Position numbers and translations under genes: made by a program. A stretch of DNA of 64,000 nucleotides from assembly GCA_907165135.1 (NCBI GenBank), contig OU015566.1, forward strand, positions 6,944,001 through 7,008,000, in the 5' to 3' direction. Under the pieces are notes generated by a model. The model saw only the letters and a program-made list of their open reading frames with translations, did not search any database and had not been told where the DNA came from. Source of the stretch: Oikopleura dioica. Its lineage: Eukaryota > Animalia > Chordata. This document shows, piece after piece, positions 12,251-24,324 of this stretch (position 1 is the stretch's first letter; the number at the start of each line of letters is the position of its first letter).

Positions 12251-13962
12251 TTACTTGGGCAGGGCAGCGACGGCCTTGACGGCAGCCTCACCGAATGAGT
12301 CTAAAATTTTAGTAAAAGGATCGATTTTCTTGTTTATTTCTTACCGGAAGTGATGACTGGGTGGCCAGCCTGAGCAAGAATAGACTTGGCAGAGTCGACA
12401 TTGGTTCCTTCAAGTCGGCAGACAAGTGGGATGGTGATTCCAAGCTCTTCGTAGGCTCGGTTGACACCTCGAGCGATGATCTCGCAGTTGACGATACCTC
12501 CGAAGATGTTGACAAGGACGACCTTGACGCGAGCATCAGAAGTGATGATTCGGAGGGCTTCGAAGACTCCGGATTCCTGGACTCCACCACCTGAAACGAT
12601 TTTGAGAATAAATTCAAGCGCTGCCACTTACCGAGATCGAGGAAGTTAGCGGGCTCACCACCTTCGAGCTTGATAATGTCCATGGTGGCCATAGCAAGAC
12701 CAGCACCGTTGACGAGACATCCGATGTCACCATCCATACCGACGTAGTTGAGTCCGAATTTTTCAGCTTCAACTTCTCGGGGGTCGGTTTCGGTGTCGTC
12801 GCCCATGGCGAAGATTTCCTGCTGTCGGTAGGCGGCGTTGTCGTCGAAGTTGATCTTGGCGTCGAAGCAGACAACTTCTCCCTGTGGAGTTTCACCGAAG
12901 GGGTTGATCTCAACCTATGAAACAATGATTCTCTATGAAATTCTATCAATGCGTACCTGGGTAGCATCGACAGCAATGAACATGTTGTAAAGCTTGATGA
13001 TTTGCTCGGCGGCGGTGTTGGCTTTCTCGCCAGTGAACTGGAGGTTCTTGGCCATTTCGAGGGCCTAAAATTGATAAGAAATGATTGAAGAAGTACTAAG
13101 TACCTGGTTCATGTTGATTCCATCATTGATATCAATTGGCATGGTGAAAATGCGCTCAGGAGTCTTCTCAGCGACTTCTTCAATGTCCATACCACCATCT
13201 GGAGATCCGACAATGACTGGTCCGTTGAATTCTCGGTCCATAAGGACGGCGAGGTAGGTTTCTCGAGAGATGTCGAGGGCATGGGCGACCATAACCTTCT
13301 GGACGGGGACACCTTCGGGCAAAGTCTGCTTGGTAGTGAGACGGTTACCGATCATTTGCTTGACGTACTCGCCGCACTTGACGGGGTCAGTGGCGAAGTG
13401 GACTCCTCCCTAGTCACGATTGAGGTGAATCCGTTTAGTTGGACAGGTTACCTTGAATCCGGTATCGAAAGTTCCCTTTCCTCGGCCACCAGCAAGGATC
13501 TGAGCTTTGATGACGAGCTCGGGAGCACCAGTTTCCAACAGATATTTTCCACCTTCAACAGCTTCGGCTTCGTTTTCTGCCATTCGGAATCGCTGGACAC
13601 TAGGATAAATTGGTTTTACTTGAGTCAATTTTCCGTAATCATCAATCAAGAGAAATCTTTGATATTCTATTAATCGGAGTTTCAAAGAAAATACGAAATC
13701 TATTTTCGAAAAAAATTGTCGGTGTATTGGTGTGATAAGTTTACGCTAATCGGAGGCGAAAACAATCCATCAAACTTTTTGACAGGCTTATGCGGAGCTC
13801 GATTTGAATCACTCTAACCCGAACCTCCGGACATGAAGTGTTTACGCTTTTTCATAATTGACTTTCTACTAACCTGAGGCCGTGCTTTTCCATAAGCTGC
13901 TTGGAAGCGAATTCCTGAAGGTTGAGAGCTCGTCGGCCGGTAGTAGCGAGTTTTCGGAACAT
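12251..13962 (-). CDS. SUCLG2: Succinyl-CoA ligase [GDP-forming] beta subunit
   Basis: [79 protein letters not shown]. Confidence 0.93.
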
Positions 13963-14087
13963 TTTCAAAGATCTGAACTTTCATCTCGATTTTCCAATTT
14001 GAATACACCTTTTCAGCGGGTTTTGTTTTCCATGAAATATGAAAGTAGCAGAATTATGTACAAGCTTGGATAGTAGTTGAATTAGAC

Positions 14088-15662
14088 TCAATAGGTATGG
14101 CCAGTAGGAACGGGGTTAGCAGGGCTGCGAGTAGAGACTTGATTTTTACAGAGAAACGTCTTTGAAAAGCTTTTTGAGCGTCGACATTTGACCTTGATAT
14201 TGACAGCGGAAGAGGTAAGGTTGAACGTCACAGAAATTACATTCGTAAACAAGACCAAGATCTGATTGATTCGGAGTCTGAAATACAACTTACTAAAGAG
14301 CTGATGAGTGAAAGCATACTTTTGGAAGGAAACTGTTTGAGTTGTTGATCTTCTCAGCAATGGAGACCATGTTTGTCACGACTGACTCGGCAGGAGTTTC
14401 CTTGGAGTTTTGCGAGGGTTCGACGAATGTGATCGCCCAAACCTCCCATGGCACTGGCTCCTCACTTGAAAAAGGCCATCGACCTCTTTTCTTTTGGAAG
14501 AACTGAAAGATGATTTTCAATATAGTAGTTTTAGAAAATTTTGCACCTCAAGTGTAAGTGTTTTATTTCCACTATTGTATTGCTGGACAAATTGTCGAAC
14601 ATTCTCCAGTAGGCAAGTATGGAGCTCTGCTGATTCCGTCTTCACGTAGGTAAGGTTGATAGTTTGGCAATGCACATCTTGATATCCCAGCGTTCCTATC
14701 AGGAACTCGCCTTTTTTCTAAAAATAGAGATTAATTATTTTCTTTGATGACACGAAACGATGTACTTCAGTAGAAACACGCGAATCTACCGATTTTATGA
14801 CTTTGATTGATAACAATAGGAAAACTATTATGGAACATCGCCCTCGTGTGGCAGCTGTCTCTCGAGAGACATTGTCCGAGATTCCTAGCCCGCAAATATT
14901 TACAGAACTAAGTACATTTTAGCTGCTTCCATGATTTTAAATTTAAGTAGTTAGTTACAAATAAATTTTCAGATGTCAAGTGATAACAAGAAAATTCCGA
15001 GCACCTTTCCGGTAAGAAGAATAGCGAATCCGATGAGGGACCTGTTGGACCAGAAAACATTTGGTAGCGATCACGAAGTTACCAACCCTTTTTCATTTAT
15101 CGGTAAAAAAATTTACGACTTTATTATTTTCTTATCTAGCGCATGCGAAAAAATATCTTGACCAGCACAGTGTAAACTTTGAAGAGGACGAAAGTGGAAA
15201 TATATGCTGTTCATCATGGATGCTCGGAAGCGAAAGAATTCCTCTTTTCGGATTAACTATATTCAAAGCAAATGGTATGAAAAATAATTTTAGAATATTT
15301 ATTCAGCAGTTGCTTAAGGACTTCTGCGAAGAAAATCAACAGACGCGAAGTACCGCTCAGTTGAAAAGAAGTTCGGAACGTGGGACCTATCAGATCTGAG
15401 GGTTGAAGAGCTTGCGAAGAAGTCAACTTCATGAATGAGACACACTACTGCCTTTATTTTCTGCTATCACATAGAAAAAATATTTTGCTATAACTGAAAA
15501 CTATCTACTACGTCCACTGCACAAAATATATGAATTTCTTACCTGATACTTGAATTTGCCAGTTGTCCGATGAAATAAGATCGTATGCAGAAGACACAGG
15601 GCAGATTCCTCCAGCTGTTCAGGGAAAACATTCACTTGAAACTCGTATCTTGTCGCATTCAT
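14088..15662 (-). CDS. ATG101: Autophagy-related protein 101
   Basis: Exon 1 MNATRYEFQVNVFPEQLEESALCLLHTILFHRTTGKFKYQ; ~820 bp intron; then IGTLGYQDVHC and FFQKKRGRWPFSSEEPVPWEVW. Confidence 0.92.
14973..15399 (+). CDS. Putative small antisense gene nested in ATG101 intron 1, unknown function
   Basis: tttcag|ATG start; exon 14973-15090 joins in frame across a short GT-AG intron to AHAKKYLDQHSVNFEEDESGNICCSSW. No recognised homology; 3' structure unclear. Confidence 0.35.
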
Positions 15663-15884
15663 CGTTTAAATAATCCCTTTTGACCGATTTGATGAATCTA
15701 AAGAACATCCACTATCGAAACCGTTCCATGATTGATTAGCCTTTTGAAGAATTGACATAAACGAAAAATAGTGAAACGCAGAATTAGTGAACAACGGTGG
15801 TCACGCTGGAAGGATGTGGAGGTGAGAAAAGAGACAGAATTGTTCAAATATAAATGGATAAATTCTAAAACTGAAAAAGACAGT

Positions 15885-17524
15885 TCAATACTGCTGCGCT
15901 CTTCTGTTCTTTTGGTCGAGCTTTTGAAATTTCGGACGAATTCGGTCGATCGCCTTTCGCCAGTTCCACATTGCTAGAATTCTGTTAGCTTCGAGCAAAA
16001 GGGAGATGTCTTACGGATATCAGGATTGAACGAAACTAGCATTATACAAGTGTAGTCGGTAAAAATCTGCATGATAGCCGAGAACGTGCTCGTTCTTATT
16101 TCAAGAGACTCGAAATTTGTCGCCTTTCGCCAACATATCAGCTTGAAATTCTTCAAATAATGGCTCAAACCTAAAAACTCAATATCAACTGGAGACATGG
16201 AGGACTCACCTTCCATGCGCTCCGCAATGATATCTTCGTCGTCCTCAGTTTTGTGACCATTAGCATCGTTTTTGATGTAGCAAATGTTCAACATCGTAGC
16301 TTTTTCGAACAACAGCACTACAGTACTTTAAAAAAATTCAAAGAAAATACTCTCACCTTCGTTCGCACCAGATTGTTCGGCCAAATTCTGCAGCTCCGTT
16401 TGGAACTTCTCTTTTTTCGGGATCAACTGAGTCACAATCTTTGACCACGCGCTGTATAAAGTCTTGTCCCAAATCGACGTTTTTGCAATGTCCACGGTTA
16501 ATCTATTCGTATGCGCAATCTCTTCAAGCTCTTTTTTCTTCGCCTCAAAGACAGTGTTCTTCTCGTGGTCATGGAGTAAATCCATTTTATGAACGAGGAC
16601 GAATATCTTTGCTCCTGCCGAGTAATCTGCGATCGCCTGAAAAATACACGTCAAATTTGCACGGAGAAGTTGTTGTATAGTATTATACCATGATTCTCAT
16701 TTCTGACTGACGCGTTCGCCCTATGTTTTTAACATTGAAAATGTGACATAATTTGACTGACTGGAAATTCCGTCAGTCATAAATGATAATCGCGGTACTA
16801 TCCTACAGTTGTACGTTTATTTTAATTAACAGTAGATCAAGAACTATGGCTAACAAAAGATCCCAAAATAGAAGAACCCATCGTCATCAGTGAGGAAGAG
16901 TCTTTTGATTTATTTCAAATTCATAAAATTGTGAATGGGAACATTCATTTACCCGAACGTTTATGAAAAAAAGAAACCAAAAGAGGGCGGTCTCGAGATC
17001 GACACGCCGGGGGGACTATTTATCAGTGGATCGAACCAACGCGATTATGATTATCTAATCTGATAAAGATTTTAAACAGCGTGATTTAAGCTCAAGTACT
17101 TTGCGGAATTTTAGCTCATTGATCTATTTTATTGAAATATACTTACGGCAAGGCAGTCTCTGTATCCTTGAAGATCTGCTTCTGGTCGCTCTGATTTTAC
17201 GTCGATGACATAGATGAGAACCTCGCATCCTCTGAAGGTAAAAATAATCTCAAGTTCACGAAACACAACTTACTTGAAGATCTGTTCTTTTTGGAACATA
17301 AAATAACTGTCCATGAAGGAATCCTGTCCTCCACAATCCCACAAATTCACAACCAGGTTGCCGAGCATCCTAACGTGAGCGTGCTCAATATCCATCGTCA
17401 TTCCAAGTCTGTATACATCATCTGCGACGTAAGATGCAAAAATGATCGATCTCATCGAGGTCTTTCCCGCACCAGATTTGCCCATCAAAAGGACTTTCTT
17501 TCTCTCTACCTTTTTCGAGCTCAT
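15885..17524 (-). CDS. RRAGA: Rag GTPase A/B (Gtr1 family)
   Basis: [65 protein letters not shown]. Confidence 0.94.
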
Positions 17525-17589
17525 TCTAGCGCGAGCATGATTTAGGGATGAAAGTGTTGAACTTTTTTAAGATTCGACAGGCAGTGGTT

Positions 17590-20500
17590 TTACAATAACT
17601 GGACAGGATGGATACGATTTCGCGTGGTGACTTTTGCGGAAATCGGCTGCATCATTAAAGTTCCTATTTGTCGGGAAATCGCTTCTATCATTCGATCCTT
17701 TGCTCTAAGTCGTATTGGCAGTCGGAGATTACACTAGAATATCTTCAAAGACAGATAAATCGTGGGTTACTTACATGTTCCTCGATGTATTGAAGCTGGA
17801 CATCATTAGCAGCGTTTTTGTTGTCTTCCGTGAAAACTGAAATTCGTGGCGGATTGAGCGGATAATTTGGCGAGAAAGAAATGTACGCGAACATCTTTTT
17901 CTCATCAATATGTTGGATCGACACTTTGAAGAGTTTTCCATCTTCGTATGGCTAAAGGTCGGCTTTTTGAAGGGACTAAGAGGAAGGAGACAAACCTTAA
18001 GACCACGTGGAGACTCGTAAGTGTCTGACTCTTCGAACTTCGTGATGACGCCGGTCATCATGAGCTCATTGGACAGATCGAGCGGCAGTTTTTTATCCTT
18101 CAACGTATTCACATGCGTCTGGACAAGCTCAGAGTGCTATTTGCAAGTTGTAATAAAAGCTGATGGTTCAAACATTTTTTTACGGCTGGGCGGGAGAATA
18201 ATTCTGTGAACAGAACTATTCTGTGGAAACAGAACTATTCTGTGAAAAAACAGAACTATTCTGTTTGAAACAGAACCATTCTGTTTGAAACAGAACTATT
18301 CTGTGTCGAGCTTAGCAAAATTCACTTTGATTATGTCGTAGATAGCTTATAATACTTTTGAACTCATGTCTAAGAGTGGAAAAGGATTGACTTTAGTTGG
18401 TCTTCGAATCTTGCAGCCAAAAACAATCTATATCAATGATAGTTTGTTAATAGAAGCTGAACCGAAGAGGCTATGAAGCACGCTACGGGCCTACGGCCCT
18501 TGCGCGCATTTTCTGATAGAGAACTCATTGGGTTGGCAGGAGCAGTCTTTTTCTACCGCTGGGACTCATTTTTAGCAGCAAACAACTTCTTCATTCGCAG
18601 TATAATAGTTGTTTTCGCCAAGAAAAATTTTTTTTTCACAGAATTATTCTCCCGGAAAGGGGGGGGTCTTATCGTGAGAATAATTCTGTTTTTCACAGAA
18701 TAGTTCTGTGCACAGAATTATTCTCCCGGTTGCCCTTTTTTTACCTTGAATCGATCCTGAATCGCCTCGACAACTCTTCCAAGATAATCGGAATAGGTCT
18801 CATCGCCTGAAGGAGCTTGCCCAGTTGCGATTTGTCCGGCCCACTCGTAACATCTTCCAAAGGAAAGTGTCTTGCCACCGTCATTTGATGTTTGACGACC
18901 TGTGTCATTGTTGAACAAACAACTAAGTTCTGGAGTTGCGGACGACTCTGACGACTCGGCTAAAAATTAATTGCGTTCAAAGAACTTCATCAATAAATCA
19001 GAGCCCACTATTTATAATTATATATTTAAAGCCTTCTGAGAACCGAAAATACCGTACTTGAATCGCGAAAGCTTGAAACTTATTAGTCCACTTATTTCAA
19101 GTTATTTCCTACAAGCAAATCGCTGCAAACGCGCCATTTGCCAACAAGGAAATACACAAGTCTCGCGCGATGAAATATAAATTACCGTAGATGAGCTTGT
19201 TGTAGATATTTTGCTTGAACTTGACTGGTTTCGATCCGATCTTCCACGTGATAAACACCGGGAACCATCCTTTTGAGGCTTTATCTTTCTTGTCCTTTGA
19301 ACTTTTCTTTCGACTGCGCTTTTGGTTTTCTTCTTCTTCCTCCTCTTGCTCCATCTCACCATCTTCGAATCCTTTACCTTTGACAACTGTTAGAAAAGTC
19401 CTAAAGAATAGTCTACCTTTGAGCTCTATCGCTTCTTTATGATCACCCTCCATCAGCACTTTTACATCCGACCTTGTCTGGGAAAGCGCTCTACCAGCTT
19501 TATAAATCTTCAACAGCGGATCTGTCAGTACTTCCGTCGCTGTACCCATCGCACCAACAGTTCCATCGAGTCCGAGAATGGATCTGACTCCATTTGCGGC
19601 TAAATAGTTGTTGAAGTAGTGGTACTGTGACCAGAGCAGTGAATCAGAGGCCAAACATCTAATTAGCACTATTTTCTATTCTACGATATTAGAGAGTTCC
19701 ATTTAGCGAGTAAAACCCGTATAAGTATTCATGAAGTCCCAGCTCAGGACAAATCGGACATCCGTGAATCTACGACACGAGTAAATGATCTCTTTAGTTA
19801 ATTTTTAATCCCAAGACATCTATAATGGGCTCCTTGGCTACATCAATGCGGTCGTAGAAGCATGTTACCTTCAAGCATCGTGCTCAGTTGCGGTCGGAGA
19901 TCATTGAGATTCGATCTCACGCGACTGGCGTCGTTTTCCAGCTTGCTCCGTTTCGTTTTGATTTGTTCGATCGCCGATTTTAGTTCCTCGCGCTGCGCCA
20001 GTTCCCAGCCAAGTCTGGCCTTTACCATCTCGTGATCGGATGATTCTGCTTTTTCGACAATGTCCTGAGGCGCTGATTCCTTGAAGCTTTCTTCTGGAAC
20101 CATTTCGATCGTCTTATGCAGGGAGTTGAAGCCGAGACAGGCGTCGATTTCGGTTTTAAGATGGTGCGTCTGATACTGTAAGTTCTGTAGTTTCAAATTG
20201 ACTGCATCTGAACGGCCCAGGAGGGTTTTCGTCTCATCTCTCGATTCTCTAGTGAGCATTTGGGCGAAGCGATTCAACTGCTTCAGCGTGGAAATGGCCA
20301 AAACGGCCTCTGTTCGCGTCTGAAAAGTTGTCCTCTGGTCATTTTCTTGGCTTTAGAATGAAGAAAAAACCTGGTAAAGAGCGTCTTTATCCTCCGTTTT
20401 TGCATTTTTGAGGTCGGAAATATCCATCATGTGATCTTTAATAGTTTTGACAATGGCGCTGTAGCTCTCGGAGATCTTTTCTAGCGACAGTTTTTCATCT

Positions 20501-20901
20501 GCCAGAAGTTTGGTCTCATGGAACTTCGGGAACTTCGTGTCTTTTTCCTTCTTAGTTGACTTTTTCGTTGTTTTTGATTTTTCTTCCGCAGCTTCGAAAG
20601 GACAAATAAAGCAACAGTAAGTGATATGAAGTCCCTACCTTTCGATTCTGCTGCTTTTTGACGGGCTAGTTTTCCGATAACAGGTTTTTCCGAAGAACTT
20701 TTTTCACTTTTACTATTCGACCTCTCAATCTTCATCTTTTTATCCGTCGCACTTCCAGAGTCAGACAATTTTCTCTTTGCTACTTCTTTCTTGTCTGAAG
20801 GAAAAAGCTTTACAAAGCGGTAAAATAAGCTCTTTACCGTCTTTTGAAGAACTGGTGGAACCTGAACGACCACTACGGATTTTATCTTTCGATTCGACCA
20901 T
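17590..20901 (-). CDS. THOC5: THO complex subunit 5
   Basis: TLKQLNRFA, LKLQNLQYQTHHLKTEIDACLGF, KARLGWELAQR, acidic/basic linker, C-terminal SFSPNYPLNPP. Confidence 0.88.
18191..18728. mobile_element. MITE-like element in a THOC5 intron
   Basis: 35-bp TIR cgggagaataattctgtg(a/c)acagaactattctgtg; arrays of acagaaNNNttctgt mini-palindromes at both ends; central gggcctacggccc hairpin. No clear TSD. Confidence 0.78.
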
Positions 20902-22281
20902 CTGATCTTAATGAAAAAACTTCGGTTGGGGCCTTTTTCTAAATTCAAACCATCAACAATTTGCAGTTTCAGTATTTTCGCGGTGAAAATTTAAAACTGA
21001 ATAAAAATGAGCTCAATGCTCTTTGCTCCATCTAGCCGAATTGTCATGTTAATTAGCGAAAAATGCGAATTGGTCGGATTAAAGATTTGCCCTGCCAAAT
21101 AACAGAACAGTTACTTGAAGTGAACAGGACGAAGTGTACTGTAAGAGTCGCCCTATCAATTTTTCACAAAAGAGGAAAAGAGCAAGCGCGGAATAAACTC
21201 GCTGGAATCGTCACTCGCCGCCGGCACTTTTTTTGACTTTCCGAGCTTTAGAAGCCCGATGGACTTTAGGGCACAAAATAGAGGAGTACCGCTGAATCAG
21301 ATATTTACGATAAGTTCGTCGAAGTGCTCAAGGTCAGTTGAGAATTCTCAAAAAAGTTTATTTCAAGGGCACTCGTTCCCGTAGTTTTTTGAAAAAATCT
21401 ATTTGTCGATCGCATTGAATTATTCATATTTGTACGGTCCGAGCTTTAGATTCCATCAATTTTTGACCTATTATTACCCGTTTTTACTGTAGGTCAAGGA
21501 CCTAAGGTCACAGAAATATGGTTTCATCATCAGTTTACTGAATGTAAAGAATCATTTTTCGACCTTCAATTTAATCCTTCAATCGCCATTGAGTCTCCGA
21601 TAATTAACATTCGAACCTCTACATTTTAAACATGTCTTTTGACGGAAAATATTCTCAGCAAAAATAAGACCCAGATCAATTCCTGAAGGGTTGATATTCA
21701 TTGTTCGCCGATTGCCAAGAATTCGAACATCTTTTCGAAGCGACTTTTTGGATACTGATGCGTGCAGGGACGATCAATCAAGTCTGATTGAGACAGGGGT
21801 GGAAATAAATGACACAAAGATCATTTGTAAAACAGGTACTACTTCATCAATGACTGAATAAATCATTGAGAAACATAGAGTACAAGGATAGAGACAAGAG
21901 TCCGAGGGTGACTTTTCTGGCAGAAGGGTGGGAATCGACAGACTGCGGAAAAAGGAACCAGGGTCTGGAATATGGTCGGAAAATGTATAACAAATGTATT
22001 AACCGCTCCCGCTCAATTATTCAGAACTATTTATAGAGACCCTAAAGAAAAGCCTTGAGAAAATAAATGCTTCGTCTGATGATTCAGGCATCTACTGCGG
22101 CTCCTTTAGTAACCCTTACACTGGCAAAGTTATCCAGCAGAATGAATGCTTCCTAGAATCAATAGCTGTTTTTAATTCTGTTGCTTGGAGTTAGAGTTCA
22201 ATAAAAGCGGTCTGTTATTCAGAAATAGACAGATAGAATATAATTATATATTATCGTTATTCTCATCATGGAAGCACAGTA

Positions 22282-22536
22282 TTGAACTCAATTGACAGTC
22301 TCGTGATAACAATTTCAATAATATTGGTGGCGCTATCTGTCACGTGGGCAATTATGGCAAACAAAAGGCTTGATGCTCCGGTGGATGATGGAACAGTCTG
22401 CAAGCACAATTTAGAAAAGAGCAGTATGGAACACGAAATATCTTCAGAAGGAAAAACTGACTTTACGGGAGAAATTTCAGCGATTGAAGAAGAAGCCTCT
22501 TCCAGGAGCGATCTGACGATGTCAGATCCTATGTAA
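22282..22536 (+). CDS. Possible exon of a small single-pass membrane protein, unknown
   Basis: Hydrophobic stretch LVITISIILVALSVTWAIMA followed by an acidic tail; no ATG start or homology identified. Confidence 0.25.
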   Translation: MNSIDSLVITISIILVALSVTWAIMANKRLDAPVDDGTVCKHNLEKSSMEHEISSEGKTDFTGEISAIEEEASSRSDLTMSDPM

Positions 22537-22995
22537 GTCGAAATTAAAGCGATCGTCTTCCTTGTTGATTTCACTTTCAGGAGAATCGGCACACGAATTG
22601 TCTACAGTAGCCAAATACCACCTCTTTCCGGACGCAAGAAATTCACCTGCGAAGTAGTTGAAAATCAGTCTGAACTTCCTGAGCAATTACAAGACGACGA
22701 AATTTATATAAGTTTTTTTCTTGTTTTTTGGAGTTTACGATTGACTTAAAGACTTAGAATTAAGATGATTTAGCTTATATTGATTTCGAAAACAGAACTC
22801 GACGCGTTTCTTAGCAATGTCTAATTTTAGCGGAGCTGCCAGGATTCGAAGTAGGGTTTCTTTTAGACTAGATGAACTTCAAGAGTAAATTGAGATATTA
22901 ACCTAACAGTCAAGACACCATTTTGCCATTTTCAGGTTGTTTTATTAACGTTTCATGGCTGGTAGTGTTGTGGAGTGGAGGTGGTGAGCTATTTA

Positions 22996-23031
22996 CGCCG
23001 CATCTAGCAAAAATTGATGCTAGATGCGGCG
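22996..23031. repeat. Perfect 14-bp stem hairpin downstream of EIF3F
   Basis: cgccgcatctagca-aaaattga-tgctagatgcggcg. Confidence 0.8.
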
Positions 23032-23189
23032 CGCACGAAAGAATGGTGCTCATATGGAGGGTATGGAGATCAATTTGAGACTAGAGTTGTTGCGTTTTTG
23101 ATTGGTACAGAAAGCAAGGCTCAAAATGAGAAAGAGAGAATAAGATGTTCTTCGGTGGGTGTTTGTTGAGTGGGGTGAGCTTGAGCTTC

Positions 23190-24238
23190 TTACTGCGCCA
23201 TGATAAGCTTCTCGTTCAGGGCTAACTCTACGTTCGCAAGCTGGGATAGGTACAGCACCATCAAGTAGTCGTTCACGTTGCTATTGAGCATCTTCTCGAA
23301 GACCTCGGCGTCAGCGTGGGGGATCGAGTGGAAGAAGTCGGTCAGCAGGCGGCCCGCGATCGAGTTTGGCTTTCTCTTTCCTTCCAAAATATCCTGAAAG
23401 ATTGATTGAATGAAATCAAGGTGGATATCATACGTTAACATATTCCTGAATGACTTTCAAGTTATCGATGATACTGTCGACGGAGCTCTTGAGGGGGTCG
23501 ATTCCAGTGGGCAGCGTGAGTTTCCGACTGCTGCTGGCGGAACATTTTCTAAGCTCGTCGAGGATGGTTCGATCGGCGTCCGAGTACATAATCTCTGTCT
23601 GAAGCCAAAGAGGCATCGAACCCTCAATTTGACGCTAAAATGGATTTAGATTTTAGCGAAGAAGAGGGAATTTCCGCCGACCTTTCCGATCTTAGTCTTC
23701 AAAAGAGTGTAGACTTTGATGTCGATTTTGCCATTGGTAGGAGCGGTGTCGACCATCAGGACGATTGGGTGAACACCGCCCTTACCCTGTCGAGCAGTGC
23801 TCATCAGCCGTGCGTAGTAATCCATAAATGTCATATCATTATTGTCGATTTCTGAAGGCTGCGGTTAAATCTTTCCATCTTCCGAGGCACTTACGCTTTG
23901 AGGTAGTAAACCAGCCGATGATCATATCATTGGGAGCTACTTTCTTCTGGAGCTTGAAGAGATCTTCATTAAACTGCATGTTAATAGCGACCTCGTTGTC
24001 ATCTTCTTTGTGTGGGACTTTGTAACAGCTTCCAACAGTCACGACTCCGCCATCAATCGAGCCACAGAGTGTACCGATAACCCGGCTTAGCAACATCAAT
24101 ACTCATTTCTAATAAAAAAACTTACTTGGGAGCCTTTTCCTTCTCTGAAATATTTGCCCCCTTTCGTTCGTGGTAATCAATGATCTGGAAGAGAACTGTG
24201 GGCTGTATCTTGCACAAGTTCGGCTGAGTGGCCTCCAT
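23190..24238 (-). CDS. EIF3F: Eukaryotic translation initiation factor 3 subunit F (MPN domain)
   Basis: IQPTVLFQIID, RVIGTLCG, VPHKEDDNEVAINMQF, KKVAPNDMIIGWF, NSIAGRLL, NDYLMVLYLSQL. Confidence 0.92.
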
Positions 24239-24324
24239 ATCTGTCTAGTTCTTCCTTACAACGACACCCAGTCTAAATTAAGCACCTTCAGAATTTCATT
24301 TTCGTTAAATAAAAGCTCTTTATT

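Noticed and set aside
16755-16781. Hairpin tgactgac..gtcagtca and possible snoRNA boxes in the RRAGA intron
   Set aside because: Only an 8-bp stem; no convincing box C/D pairing or antisense guide.
18205-18305. Regularly spaced ~19-20-bp repeats resembling a CRISPR array
   Set aside because: No unique spacers, eukaryotic intron context, and mirrored at the other end of the element; these are MITE subterminal repeats.
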